From an uncultured delta proteobacterium (lineage in GTDB: Bacteria > Myxococcota_A > Polyangia > Polyangiales > Houyiibacteriaceae): a DNA stretch of 64,000 nucleotides. This document shows, in pieces, positions 19,573-28,350 of the stretch. The stretch lies in the NCBI GenBank assembly GCA_963699755.1, contig CAVOVB010000001.1:672001-736000 (forward strand), in the 5' to 3' direction. The position numbers and the translations under genes are program-made. Every line of letters begins with the position of its first letter. Position 1 is the stretch's first letter. The notes under the pieces are model-generated. The model ran no database searches. It was not told the DNA's origin and was given only the letters and a program-made list of their open reading frames with translations.

Positions 19573-20592
19573 TCAGACCGCCCCGATGGATTCGAGATGC
19601 TGACATGTGCGCTCGATGCCTTCCTCCACCGAGACGGCGGGGTCGTAGCCGAGCTCGCGGCGTGCCTTCTCGATGCTGAAGTAGTGGTGGGTGCACATGT
19701 AGCGGATCGCAAAACGCGTGAGGCCGTCTTCTGCGTTGAGGGTGCCGCCCTTGAGGGTGTCGATGCCCTCTTTGACCGCCGCAATTGCGTAGACGAGCGA
19801 CCTGGGAGCCGTGTACTTCACGGGGGGGAAGCCGAGGCGCGCGGCGACTTTGCGGATGAAGTCCCAGAATGGCATCGGTTCGCCATTGGTGATGAAGTAG
19901 GCCTGGCCGGCGGCAACGCTGTTCAAACCTTCCTTGGCGAGCGCTTGGTCGGCGAGGAGGACCGCGTCCGTCATGTTGGTCACGTAGGTGTAATCGGAAA
20001 GCCAAACACCACGCCCGATTTGAACCTGTAGCTGCCCGTTGCGACCTTTTGCAAGCAGCGTGGGCATGAAGCGGTTGTCCCCCGGACCGAAGACGACGTG
20101 CGGACGAAGGGCACAGGTCGCCATACCGCCCCTGCCGTTCTCGGCGAGCACCAGCTTCTCCGCCTCGATCTTGCTGTCCGCGTATGGGGCCTGGGAAACC
20201 GACGAGTACGGAAGACTCTCGTCGCCGTTTTCGATGTCCTTGCCCTCGTAGACCACGCTCCCGGAGCTGATGTAGATGAAACGTGGGACGCCATTGAGCC
20301 GCGCTCCTTCGAGCATGTTCTTGGTGCCGCCCAGGTTCACCGACCAAACGATGTCCTTCTTATTCTGCTTGGTGTGGACGATCGAAGCATTGTGAATGAC
20401 GCTGTCGACGCCACGGCAGGCCTCGATGACGGCAGCCTTGTCGGTGATGTCGACGCGCCTGTGCTCCACGCCCTCGACCGAGCATTCCGGCGCCAAATCG
20501 AGGACGATGACCTGATCACCCCGATCCCTGAGTGCGCGCGCAATCGCCGCGCCCAGGAAGCCACAGCCGCCCGTTACCAAACTGACAGTCAT
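19573..20592 (-). CDS. 3-beta-hydroxysteroid dehydrogenase/decarboxylase, NSDHL/Erg26-like extended SDR
   Basis: TGGCGFLG, SSGSVVYEGKDIENGDESLPY, YADSK, ALRPHVVFGPGD, GQAYFITNGEP, KARRELGY. Confidence 0.85.
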   Translation of the reverse strand: MTVSLVTGGCGFLGAAIARALRDRGDQVIVLDLAPECSVEGVEHRRVDITDKAAVIEACRGVDSVIHNASIVHTKQNKKDIVWSVNLGGTKNMLEGARLNGVPRFIYISSGSVVYEGKDIENGDESLPYSSVSQAPYADSKIEAEKLVLAENGRGGMATCALRPHVVFGPGDNRFMPTLLAKGRNGQLQVQIGRGVWLSDYTYVTNMTDAVLLADQALAKEGLNSVAAGQAYFITNGEPMPFWDFIRKVAARLGFPPVKYTAPRSLVYAIAAVKEGIDTLKGGTLNAEDGLTRFAIRYMCTHHYFSIEKARRELGYDPAVSVEEGIERTCQHLESIGAV

Positions 20593-20595
20593 GAC

Positions 20596-21282
20596 TTACT
20601 CCACCGTGCCGAAGATGATGTCGGGCAAGGGCGTGATCGAAGCGTAGTTGCCCGAAAGCATGCTGTGATGATGGCGGTCGTGGACCGCTGCGAGCTTGCC
20701 AAGGGTCTTGAACGGGAATCGAGGGCAGTCGATACCCGCATGATTGAGGATGTTGAGCGCGGTGTAAATGGTGAACAAGACAGCGAACGTGATGACGTGC
20801 ACGCCTCCGACGAACGCAAGCGAGCTGAAGAACAAGCTGAGGCCGAGAAAGGTTTCGACGGGATGCAACAAGAGGCTGTCGATCTGCCTCGGATTTCTCG
20901 CCGCGTGGTGAACAGAATGAACACCACGTAGGATCTTCCATTCATGGAATGGGTAGCGGTGCATGAAGTAGTACCCGAAGTCGTAGATCAGAATCACGGT
21001 CACTCCCTCGAGCAAGAATCGCCAAAGCGGCATGGCACGGTCGTGGTAGAGGTGCTCTCCCAATCCGAACATCACCGAAAAGATGAGGGTGATCGAAACG
21101 ACCATGTTGAGTCGAACCCTCCAACGGAGCTCGCTCTCGCTCTTCGAGCGATGGGGGTCGTCGCTGATCAGGTACTTCTGCGCTTCAGGGCTGCGGTAGG
21201 CCTTGTTGAGAACGACCTGTGCGATCCCCGCCGAGGCGTAACTGGCGAGGATGGCTATCAATGCTTTCATTTCCACCGTCAT
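20596..21282 (-). CDS. Sterol desaturase / fatty-acid hydroxylase superfamily di-iron enzyme (Erg25/Erg3-like)
   Basis: His boxes HRYPFH, HSVHH, HPVE, NHAG, HDRHHH; TM helices. Start reset to MTVEMK. Confidence 0.88.
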   Translation of the reverse strand: MTVEMKALIAILASYASAGIAQVVLNKAYRSPEAQKYLISDDPHRSKSESELRWRVRLNMVVSITLIFSVMFGLGEHLYHDRAMPLWRFLLEGVTVILIYDFGYYFMHRYPFHEWKILRGVHSVHHAARNPRQIDSLLLHPVETFLGLSLFFSSLAFVGGVHVITFAVLFTIYTALNILNHAGIDCPRFPFKTLGKLAAVHDRHHHSMLSGNYASITPLPDIIFGTVE

Positions 21283-21290
21283 CTCATCAC

Positions 21291-22454
21291 CTAGGGCACC
21301 AATCTGAGAACGAGCGTACCAGCAATCATGAAGGCGAAAACGGCAACGGCCGCCAGCCTCGACCAGGTCTTGCTGTAGGAGGATTTGACGCCTGAGGCGG
21401 CCCGGAAAGACGTCGATTCGCTGTCGAGCTCCAGAGGTTCGGCGCTCGCGGGAAAGCTTTGGCAGAGGAGCGCGACGCCCCGTGCGACGTCCCTTTCGGA
21501 GAGCGCGTCGTGCGTGCGCATGTAGACCTTGCCGGTGTTCACATGGGCCATGCAGGAGCCGCAGTACCCCGACTCGCAGGAATGGGGCGGATTCAGGCCC
21601 GCCGCTTGCGCACACTGCAAGAGGGTCTTGCCTTTCTCGTATGGAACGGTTCGAGATCGGCCGTTCATCCATAGGCTGAAGCCAGCGGGGGCCGCGAGAG
21701 ACTCGACGTGGATCGCATCCGCTTCGACCCGAGCGGGATCGGCGGGAGAGACGAAGCGCTCGATGTAGACGAGCTCCTCGTGCACCCCTGCCTCTTCGAG
21801 CGTCTCCCGGATGAGCTCCATGAAAGGCTCGGGGCCACAGATGTAACACTCGGCGACGTCGCTGTGATGGAGGAGCCCTCGCACGTCCGCTGGCTCCACA
21901 CAACCGCTCTCCGAATCGAAATGGTATCGAATGTGTAGGCGCTCGGTATGCTCTGCTGCGAGCTGCGCGAGCTCAGCGCCGTAGATGACCGAGTGCAGGT
22001 CTCGGTTGGCGTAGAGCAAAGTGATGCAGCGCTTGGTCGTCGCGAGGGCGCTCTTCAGAAGTGAAATGATCGGAGTGATTCCGCTTCCGCCGGCGAATAG
22101 GAAGAGCGGGGAGCTCGATCGAGTTTCTGGATCCAGAACGAAGCGGCCCTCGGGGATGCTTGCACGGATCGAGTCACCGACCTTCAGATTGTCGTTGAGC
22201 CAGTTGGAGATTCGACCTCCTTCTACCCTTTTTACGGCAATTTTGAGAGGTTCATCGAGGTCGGGGCAGCTCGACAAGGAATAGCAGCGCGTGACTTTGA
22301 AGTCGTCCCAAGGGAGCTCGACGGTGAGGTGCTGGCCTGATCGATACCGGTAGGCATCTCGCAGGCTCATCGGCACTCGGAGCTCGAACGAGCTGGAGTC
22401 GGCCGTCTCGCGAATGACGGCGCTGACTTCGAGCTCGTGAAACTCGACGCTCAT
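21291..22454 (-). CDS. FAD/NAD(P)H-[2Fe-2S] oxygenase reductase (KshB/PaaE-like) with C-terminal TM anchor
   Basis: RCYSLSS, GGSGITP, YICGP, CESGYCGSC...LLCQ; hydrophobic tail LAAVAVFAFMIAGTLVL. Confidence 0.88.
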   Translation of the reverse strand: MSVEFHELEVSAVIRETADSSSFELRVPMSLRDAYRYRSGQHLTVELPWDDFKVTRCYSLSSCPDLDEPLKIAVKRVEGGRISNWLNDNLKVGDSIRASIPEGRFVLDPETRSSSPLFLFAGGSGITPIISLLKSALATTKRCITLLYANRDLHSVIYGAELAQLAAEHTERLHIRYHFDSESGCVEPADVRGLLHHSDVAECYICGPEPFMELIRETLEEAGVHEELVYIERFVSPADPARVEADAIHVESLAAPAGFSLWMNGRSRTVPYEKGKTLLQCAQAAGLNPPHSCESGYCGSCMAHVNTGKVYMRTHDALSERDVARGVALLCQSFPASAEPLELDSESTSFRAASGVKSSYSKTWSRLAAVAVFAFMIAGTLVLRLVP

Positions 22455-23134
22455 GGCTCTTCTTCCAAACCAGCCCTCTCGAGAGCTGCGGCCAGATGCT
22501 CTGGTTTGCAGTAGCTCCTGAGCAGATGCCTGAGCGCCGCATCGGCTAGGCGACTAGAGTCTTCCTTGCATCCTCGATCCATCCACATCGCCAACCGTGC
22601 TTGCTGCGCCGCGATCATCATCCTTGCCATGAGCTCCGGATCGTCATCGACGAGATACCCGTCTTCGATGCAGCTCCGGAAGAGGCTCGCGACGAGATCC
22701 AAACCGACCCCGAGTGCCTCGACCTGTTCGGGGCTGCGTAGCAGCTCGATCGTCGACCAGGCGGTGACTTCCTTGAGTTGCATCTTGGTGAAGTCGAGGT
22801 GCTCCATGAAGAAGGACAGCTGCGTTCGAGTTCCGGCGATGAGGATGTCGAGCGAAGACATCTCTTTTTGAAGAACGTCTTGTGTGCGGAGCATGACCTC
22901 GCCCAAGCGCCGGCGGTGCACGGCGCGGTAGATCTCCCACTTGGAAGGGAGCACGCTGTAGAGCGTGGTCAGCGAGACCCCTGCCTCGGCGGCGATCCGC
23001 TGCACTTTGGTGGCCTCGTAGCCCTCCTGGCCAAACACCCGTTCCGCGGCGTCGAGGACGGCCTCGCGATAGAGCTCGCGCTTCCTATCCTTCAGGGATT
23101 CTTGGGCTTTTGCGGCTGCGGCGCTCGTTGACAC
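22451..23134 (-). CDS. TetR/AcrR family transcriptional regulator
   Basis: N-terminal HTH VLDAAERVFGQEGYEATKVQRIAAEAGVSLTTLY. Confidence 0.92.
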   Translation of the reverse strand: MSTSAAAAKAQESLKDRKRELYREAVLDAAERVFGQEGYEATKVQRIAAEAGVSLTTLYSVLPSKWEIYRAVHRRRLGEVMLRTQDVLQKEMSSLDILIAGTRTQLSFFMEHLDFTKMQLKEVTAWSTIELLRSPEQVEALGVGLDLVASLFRSCIEDGYLVDDDPELMARMMIAAQQARLAMWMDRGCKEDSSRLADAALRHLLRSYCKPEHLAAALERAGLEEEP

Positions 23135-23182
23135 GGTTGGGTCGGAATGATAAGGGCGAAAATCAGAATGTCAATTCCGATT
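23128..23182. promoter_or_regulatory. Overlapping divergent sigma70-like promoters with TetR operator palindrome
   Basis: Minus strand: TTGACA(23174-23169)-16 bp-TATCAT(23152-23147). Plus strand: TTGACA(23128)-17 bp-TAAGGG with upstream TG. Palindrome AATCAGAAT-gtca-ATTCCGATT at 23161-23182. Confidence 0.7.
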
Positions 23183-24760
23183 TCGGCGGAGACCGAATCT
23201 GCACCTTCCGCGCCGGCTAGCCAGATCCCATGTGTCGACCCGGCGACGCGAGAGCGACTTGGAGCGATTCCCGTCGACTCTCCTGAGGACGTCGCTGCCG
23301 CCGTGGCGCGTGCCAAGGTCGCGCAGAAAGCTTGGCGTAGGACTTCGTTCGAACAGCGACGCGAGCTTCTGCGGCGGCTGCTCGCATTCACGGTCGATCA
23401 GAAGGACGAGATCTGTCTCGCGGTGCAGCGCGACTCCGGTAAGACCCGAGAAAACGCGCTGATGGGGGAGATCTGGCCAACCTGCGAGAAGTTTCGCTGG
23501 ATGATCAAGAATGGCGAGAAGTATCTTCGCCCCGAACGCGTCTCGTCTGGCTTGCTGCTCCATAAGACGGCGCGCCTCGAGTATCACCCGCTCGGTGTCA
23601 TCGCCGCAATCATTCCCTGGAACTATCCGTTCCAGAACATCGTCAACCCGGTGATCCCGGCTCTGATGTCGGGAAATGCAATCGTCCTCAAGCCATCGGA
23701 GTGGGTGGCCTGGTCGAGCGACAAGTTCGTCCAGGCGCTTCAAAAGGTCGTCGAAGAAGCGGGACACAATCCGGATCTGATTCAGGCGGTGCAAGGGTAC
23801 GGACCCACCGGCGCAGCACTCGCTCGCTCTGCGGTCGATTCGATCCTGTTCATCGGCTCGGTTCGCAACGGGCGTCGCGTCATCGAAGCCAGCGCGGAGC
23901 GGGTTGTCCCGGTCGTCATGGAGCTCGGCGGCAAGGACGCTTTCATCGTCTGCGATGATGCGGATCTCGAACAGGCAGTCCATGCCTCGCTCGCTGGTTG
24001 CTACATCAATTGCGGACAGAACTGCGTCGCTTCGGAGCGAATTTTGGTCTACGAGGACATCTACGACGCCTTCGAAAAGCGAGCCGCAGAGCTGGTTCGA
24101 GAGTTTCGACAGGGCAGCAGCCGTGAGGGCGTTGTCGATGTCGGCGCGATCGTCACGCCCCTACAGCTCGACGTGATCGAGATGGCGGTCGATGGGGCGA
24201 TCGCCGAGGGTGCTCGGGTCATCACCGGGGGCAAACGCGTGCTGAGCGACAAGGGTGATTACTTCGAGCCGACCATCTTGGCAGACGTGACGCCAGAGAT
24301 GGACATCGCACAGGAAGAGGTCTTTGGCCCGGTGATGCTCTTGATGCGCGTACGAGATGATGCGCATGCGGTCGAGGTCGCAAATGGGGTGGCGTACGGC
24401 CTCTCGTCGTCGGTTTTTTCCAAGAACCGCTCGCGGGCTCGCAAGATCGCCTCGGAGCTCGAAGCCGGCATGAGCGCGATCAACGAGTTCGGCGGAATCA
24501 CGTACATGGCGCAAGGACTCACCTTCGGTGGCGTGAAGGCTTCGGGATACGGTCGAATGAACGGTCGTGAAGGCTTGCGTTCGATGTGCAACATCAAGGC
24601 GGTCGTCGATGATCGCTTGCCGATCAACAAAGCCAACCGGGTTTTCCCGGTCGCTGAGAAGGACTATGGCGTTTTCAGTGCTGTGATCGAGCTGATCTAT
24701 GGCAAGAGCCTCGCGCAGCGATGGCGTGGCTTGCTGAAGCTGTTGGGCCGAAAGCGCTGA
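23168..24760 (+). CDS. Aldehyde dehydrogenase (resembles ALDH family 15/22)
   Basis: PWNYP, KPSE, FIGS, MELGGKD, catalytic GQNC, EEVFGP, FGGVKASG. Confidence 0.93.
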   Translation: MSIPISAETESAPSAPASQIPCVDPATRERLGAIPVDSPEDVAAAVARAKVAQKAWRRTSFEQRRELLRRLLAFTVDQKDEICLAVQRDSGKTRENALMGEIWPTCEKFRWMIKNGEKYLRPERVSSGLLLHKTARLEYHPLGVIAAIIPWNYPFQNIVNPVIPALMSGNAIVLKPSEWVAWSSDKFVQALQKVVEEAGHNPDLIQAVQGYGPTGAALARSAVDSILFIGSVRNGRRVIEASAERVVPVVMELGGKDAFIVCDDADLEQAVHASLAGCYINCGQNCVASERILVYEDIYDAFEKRAAELVREFRQGSSREGVVDVGAIVTPLQLDVIEMAVDGAIAEGARVITGGKRVLSDKGDYFEPTILADVTPEMDIAQEEVFGPVMLLMRVRDDAHAVEVANGVAYGLSSSVFSKNRSRARKIASELEAGMSAINEFGGITYMAQGLTFGGVKASGYGRMNGREGLRSMCNIKAVVDDRLPINKANRVFPVAEKDYGVFSAVIELIYGKSLAQRWRGLLKLLGRKR

Positions 24761-26340
24761 TGGACCAGTTCGACTACATCGTGGTTGGGGGCGGATCAGC
24801 AGGCTGCATCGCAGCCGCTGAGCTCGCGGGTGATCCTCGGTATCGCGTGCTCCTACTGGAGGGCGGACCCAGGGCCGAGGAGCACCCCGAAACCCTGGTC
24901 GCGGACGGCTACAAAGAGGCATTCGTCAACGATGCCGTGATGGGAGAGCGGTTTTCGGTTCCGCAGGCCCACGCCGGCAAGCGGCGAATCTTCGCTGGTA
25001 CCGGGACCGTGATGGGCGGCAGTGGTTCTGTGAACGCCATGGTCTACACGCGTGGCTCGCGCGAGGACTACGCAGAGTGGCCTGAGGGCTGGCACTGGGA
25101 CGACAATCTCGCTGATTTCCGCGCGATCGAGGAGACGCTTCGACCACATCGACGCCCTGCGACCGCCTGGACCGAAGCCTGCATCGCTTCGGCGGAACAG
25201 CACGGCTTCACCCGGAAAGAAGACCTCAACGACGGCAACATGAGCAACGTCATCGGCTACGAGTGGATGTCCTACGAGGGCGAGAACCGTCGAAGCTCCT
25301 ACGTGGCGTTCATCAAGGACGCCGGCGCACGTCCGAATCTCACCGTCGTCACGGGCGCCCTCGCCCATCGGGTCGTGTTCACGGGCGAGAAGCTGGCCCG
25401 TGCGGTCGAGTTCGAACATGCGGGTGCGCTCCAGCGGGCGGAGGCGAGCAAAGAGATCGTACTTTGCGCCGGCGCACTGGAGACCCCGAAGCTGCTCATG
25501 CTCTCGGGCGTGGGTCGGAGCGAACACCTGCGGACCTTCGACATCCCCCTGGTTGCCAATAGGCCAGCAGTCGGAGACGGGCTTCACGATCACCCGAACG
25601 TGCCCGTCTTCTTCCAGGCCGAGAAGGGCATCGACTGCTTCTATCCGCAGCTCTACAGCTTTTTCCGTACCAACCACGCGAGCGACCTTCCGGCCTCGCA
25701 GAGCGACACTTGCTATGTGTACTGGCCGGCTCCTTCGGCGATGCAGCAGATGATGGAGCGCATGCTGCCGCCGATGGCGGTCCCGCATGGGCTCTACGGC
25801 CCGCGATCGCGACAAATGGTGCGCGGCATGGTGGGCACCGCGTTCAAGCTCGGCGCTGTACGACGTTTCACCGACCGGATGTTCGGGATCATCTTGATCC
25901 TCGGGAAGCCAAAGAGCCGCGGCACGCTGCGTTTGCAGTCGACCGACGTGCGCCGCCAGGCGCTCATCGATCCGGCCTATTACTCGGACCCGGAGGACAT
26001 GGAGACGATGGTCAGAGGCGTTCGGATTGCCAAAGCGATAGGTGCTTCGGGCGGGCTCGCGGAATGGGGGGCCAAGGAGCTCATGCCTGGCAAGCGGGTC
26101 CAGAGCGATGAGGCCATCGCCAACTACGTCCGAAAGAACACGATTACGACCTATCACGTCGCCGGAAGCTGCAGCATGGGTGTCACCGAAGCGCACGCGG
26201 TCGACCCTCAGCTCCGCCTGCGAGGCGTCACGGGTCTGCGAATTGCGGATGCTTCAGTGATCCCTTGGACGCCGGTTTCCGCGCTCAACGCCCCGAGCAT
26301 GCTGATCGGCTATCGCGCCGCGAAGCTCATCCGGAGCTGA
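24760..26340 (+). CDS. GMC family FAD oxidoreductase (alcohol dehydrogenase/oxidase)
   Basis: DYIVVGGGSAG, GGSGSVNAMVYTRG, LMLSGVG, YH...SCSMG, LRIADAS; TGATG coupling with the ALDH. Confidence 0.92.
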   Translation: MDQFDYIVVGGGSAGCIAAAELAGDPRYRVLLLEGGPRAEEHPETLVADGYKEAFVNDAVMGERFSVPQAHAGKRRIFAGTGTVMGGSGSVNAMVYTRGSREDYAEWPEGWHWDDNLADFRAIEETLRPHRRPATAWTEACIASAEQHGFTRKEDLNDGNMSNVIGYEWMSYEGENRRSSYVAFIKDAGARPNLTVVTGALAHRVVFTGEKLARAVEFEHAGALQRAEASKEIVLCAGALETPKLLMLSGVGRSEHLRTFDIPLVANRPAVGDGLHDHPNVPVFFQAEKGIDCFYPQLYSFFRTNHASDLPASQSDTCYVYWPAPSAMQQMMERMLPPMAVPHGLYGPRSRQMVRGMVGTAFKLGAVRRFTDRMFGIILILGKPKSRGTLRLQSTDVRRQALIDPAYYSDPEDMETMVRGVRIAKAIGASGGLAEWGAKELMPGKRVQSDEAIANYVRKNTITTYHVAGSCSMGVTEAHAVDPQLRLRGVTGLRIADASVIPWTPVSALNAPSMLIGYRAAKLIRS

Positions 26341-26433
26341 TCCGCGCCTGGATGAATCCGCGCACAGGGACTCGCGTCGGATGTTCAAACAAATCGATTG
26401 CAGTAGCAACGCGCCTTCCCCATAGGAAGATCC

Positions 26434-27453
26434 ATGACCAAAGCCAAGCACCTCTTCATCGCCGTCCTAGCCCTGGGCGCCTTCATGCTGCCAGGGACTG
26501 TTTCCCTACCCCAGGCGAACGCTGCCTCCTCGACGATCATTCGCTTTGCATCTCTCGCACCCCCCGGCTCGGCGTTCATGAAGTTGATGAAGGCTTGGAA
26601 CCGGAGCCTGAAGACCGAAACCGAAAACCGAGTCGAGCTTCGCTTCTACTCGGGCGGGAGCCAAGGCGACGAGCGCGACTTCATCCGCAAGGTGCGCGCG
26701 GGGCAGATGGACGCGGCCGGAGTCACGACCACGGGCCTTGGAATGGTCGCGCGTCCGGTTCTGGTTCTGACCGCACCCGGAATGATCACCGAATACGCGC
26801 AGCTCGAACGCGCGCGCGAGCAGCTGGGCGAGCGATTCTCCAAGTTGTTCAGGGAAAATGGGTTTGTCATGCTGGCTTGGGGAGAGGCCGGTAAGAACCG
26901 CATTTTTTCCATGGAAAAGTTTGCGAAACCCGATGACTTGAAGCGGCTCCGACCCTGGGCATGGAAAGACGACCCGGTTTTCGCCGGCTATGTCAGCACC
27001 ATCGGCGCGAATCCGGTGCGCATGGGCGTGCCCGAAGTCTACGGAGGTTTGCAGACGCGAATGCTCGACACCGTGCCCGCCTCGGCGCTCGCTGCTGTCG
27101 CGCTCCAGTGGTACACGCGCCTCAACTACATGGCGAAGGAGAACTTCGGCATCATCATCGGCGGCTCGGTCATCAAGCAGGAGAAGTTTGATCTGCTGAG
27201 TGAGCATGATCAGAAAGTGCTGATGGACACCAGCGAGCGCGCCGCACGAGCCGGCGACGTGATGGCACGCCGGGACGACGAGCGGGCCTATGCTTCACTG
27301 ATCAAGCGCGGCATGGTCGAAGTGGACACCGCTGCCTACCAGGCCGAATGGGACGCCGTCGCCAAGAAGACGCGCGAAAGCCTGACCGGTCGGGTCTACA
27401 GCAAGAGCCTCCTCGAAGCCGTCGAGAAGGTCGTAGCGGGCGAGCCTAACTAG
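26434..27453 (+). CDS. dctP: TRAP transporter substrate-binding protein DctP (TatP-like)
   Basis: IRFASLAPPGS, GDERD, GQMD, VPEVYGGLQT; signal peptide. Confidence 0.85.
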   Translation: MTKAKHLFIAVLALGAFMLPGTVSLPQANAASSTIIRFASLAPPGSAFMKLMKAWNRSLKTETENRVELRFYSGGSQGDERDFIRKVRAGQMDAAGVTTTGLGMVARPVLVLTAPGMITEYAQLERAREQLGERFSKLFRENGFVMLAWGEAGKNRIFSMEKFAKPDDLKRLRPWAWKDDPVFAGYVSTIGANPVRMGVPEVYGGLQTRMLDTVPASALAAVALQWYTRLNYMAKENFGIIIGGSVIKQEKFDLLSEHDQKVLMDTSERAARAGDVMARRDDERAYASLIKRGMVEVDTAAYQAEWDAVAKKTRESLTGRVYSKSLLEAVEKVVAGEPN

Positions 27454-28286
27454 CCCAATTCGTCACGGAGAAACCGAAGCGAGAGCTCATTGAAGAGCTT
27501 CGGGTATTCGACCATGACCCAATGGCCGCAGCGGGAAATCAGCATCGTGCGTGAGTTCGCACAGCGGCTCGCGATTTTGGCCGCACCGCTCGAAGGACAG
27601 AACTTGTCATTGGCGCCCCAGAAGCAGAGCACCGGACACTGAATCTCGGAGAGCCTGTCTTCCTGGTTCGCAACGTGGATGCGGGCAATGTTGTCCCGGT
27701 GTTGCGTCATCGCGATCTGAAATCGCTCTTCGATCACCTCGTCGGTGATCTTCGATTCGTCATGAAGCTGCAGCGTGAAAACCTTGCGCATGGTTTCCTT
27801 GCTGATGCCCTCTTTGAAGAGGACGCGAATCATCGCTTTGATCCCCTCCATCTCCATGTAAGTCTCTCGCGCTTCGAGGCCGCCCGGCGCCATCAAGACG
27901 AGCTTCTCGACCAGCTCCGGATAGTTGAGCGCCATCGTGATGGCGATCGCTCCGCCCTGTGAGTTGCCGATGACGGCGGCGCGCTCGACAGCGAGGGAGT
28001 CGAGGAGGCCCTTGTACTGGGCGGCGACGTCGTCGAGGCTGAACACCCCGTCTTCAGGCTTGGTCGAATAGCCGTAGCCCATCGTGTCGGGCACGATTGT
28101 TCGGTAGCCCTGCTCGGCGAGGAAGGGGTAGTTCCCCTTGAAGTTACTCCAACCGCTGGCGCCTGGACCGCTGCCGTGGACGAACAAGACGACGCCACGT
28201 TCCCCGCTGCCGGCCTCGTGGTAGTGCATCGTGATGCCCTTACCGGTGTCGGCGTATCTTCCCTCGGGAACTGCTTCTACGACCAT
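27450..28286 (-). CDS. hsaD: Meta-cleavage product (C-C) hydrolase, HsaD/BphD/MhpC-like
   Basis: HGSGPGASGWSNF, GNSQGG, WGANDKF, CGHW. Confidence 0.8.
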   Translation of the reverse strand: MVVEAVPEGRYADTGKGITMHYHEAGSGERGVVLFVHGSGPGASGWSNFKGNYPFLAEQGYRTIVPDTMGYGYSTKPEDGVFSLDDVAAQYKGLLDSLAVERAAVIGNSQGGAIAITMALNYPELVEKLVLMAPGGLEARETYMEMEGIKAMIRVLFKEGISKETMRKVFTLQLHDESKITDEVIEERFQIAMTQHRDNIARIHVANQEDRLSEIQCPVLCFWGANDKFCPSSGAAKIASRCANSRTMLISRCGHWVMVEYPKLFNELSLRFLRDELG

Positions 28287-28302
28287 GCTTCGGACCTCGG
28301 AA

Positions 28303-28316
28303 TAGAACGTGTTCTA
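28303..28316. promoter_or_regulatory. KstR-type operator palindrome TAGAACGTGTTCTA
   Basis: Exact fit to TnnAACnnGTTnnA with perfect 6-bp arms; lies about 17 bp upstream of the hsaD-like start. Confidence 0.65.
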
Positions 28317-28350
28317 GCGCAGGGACCGGGAGCGGTCCAATCACGGCGCC

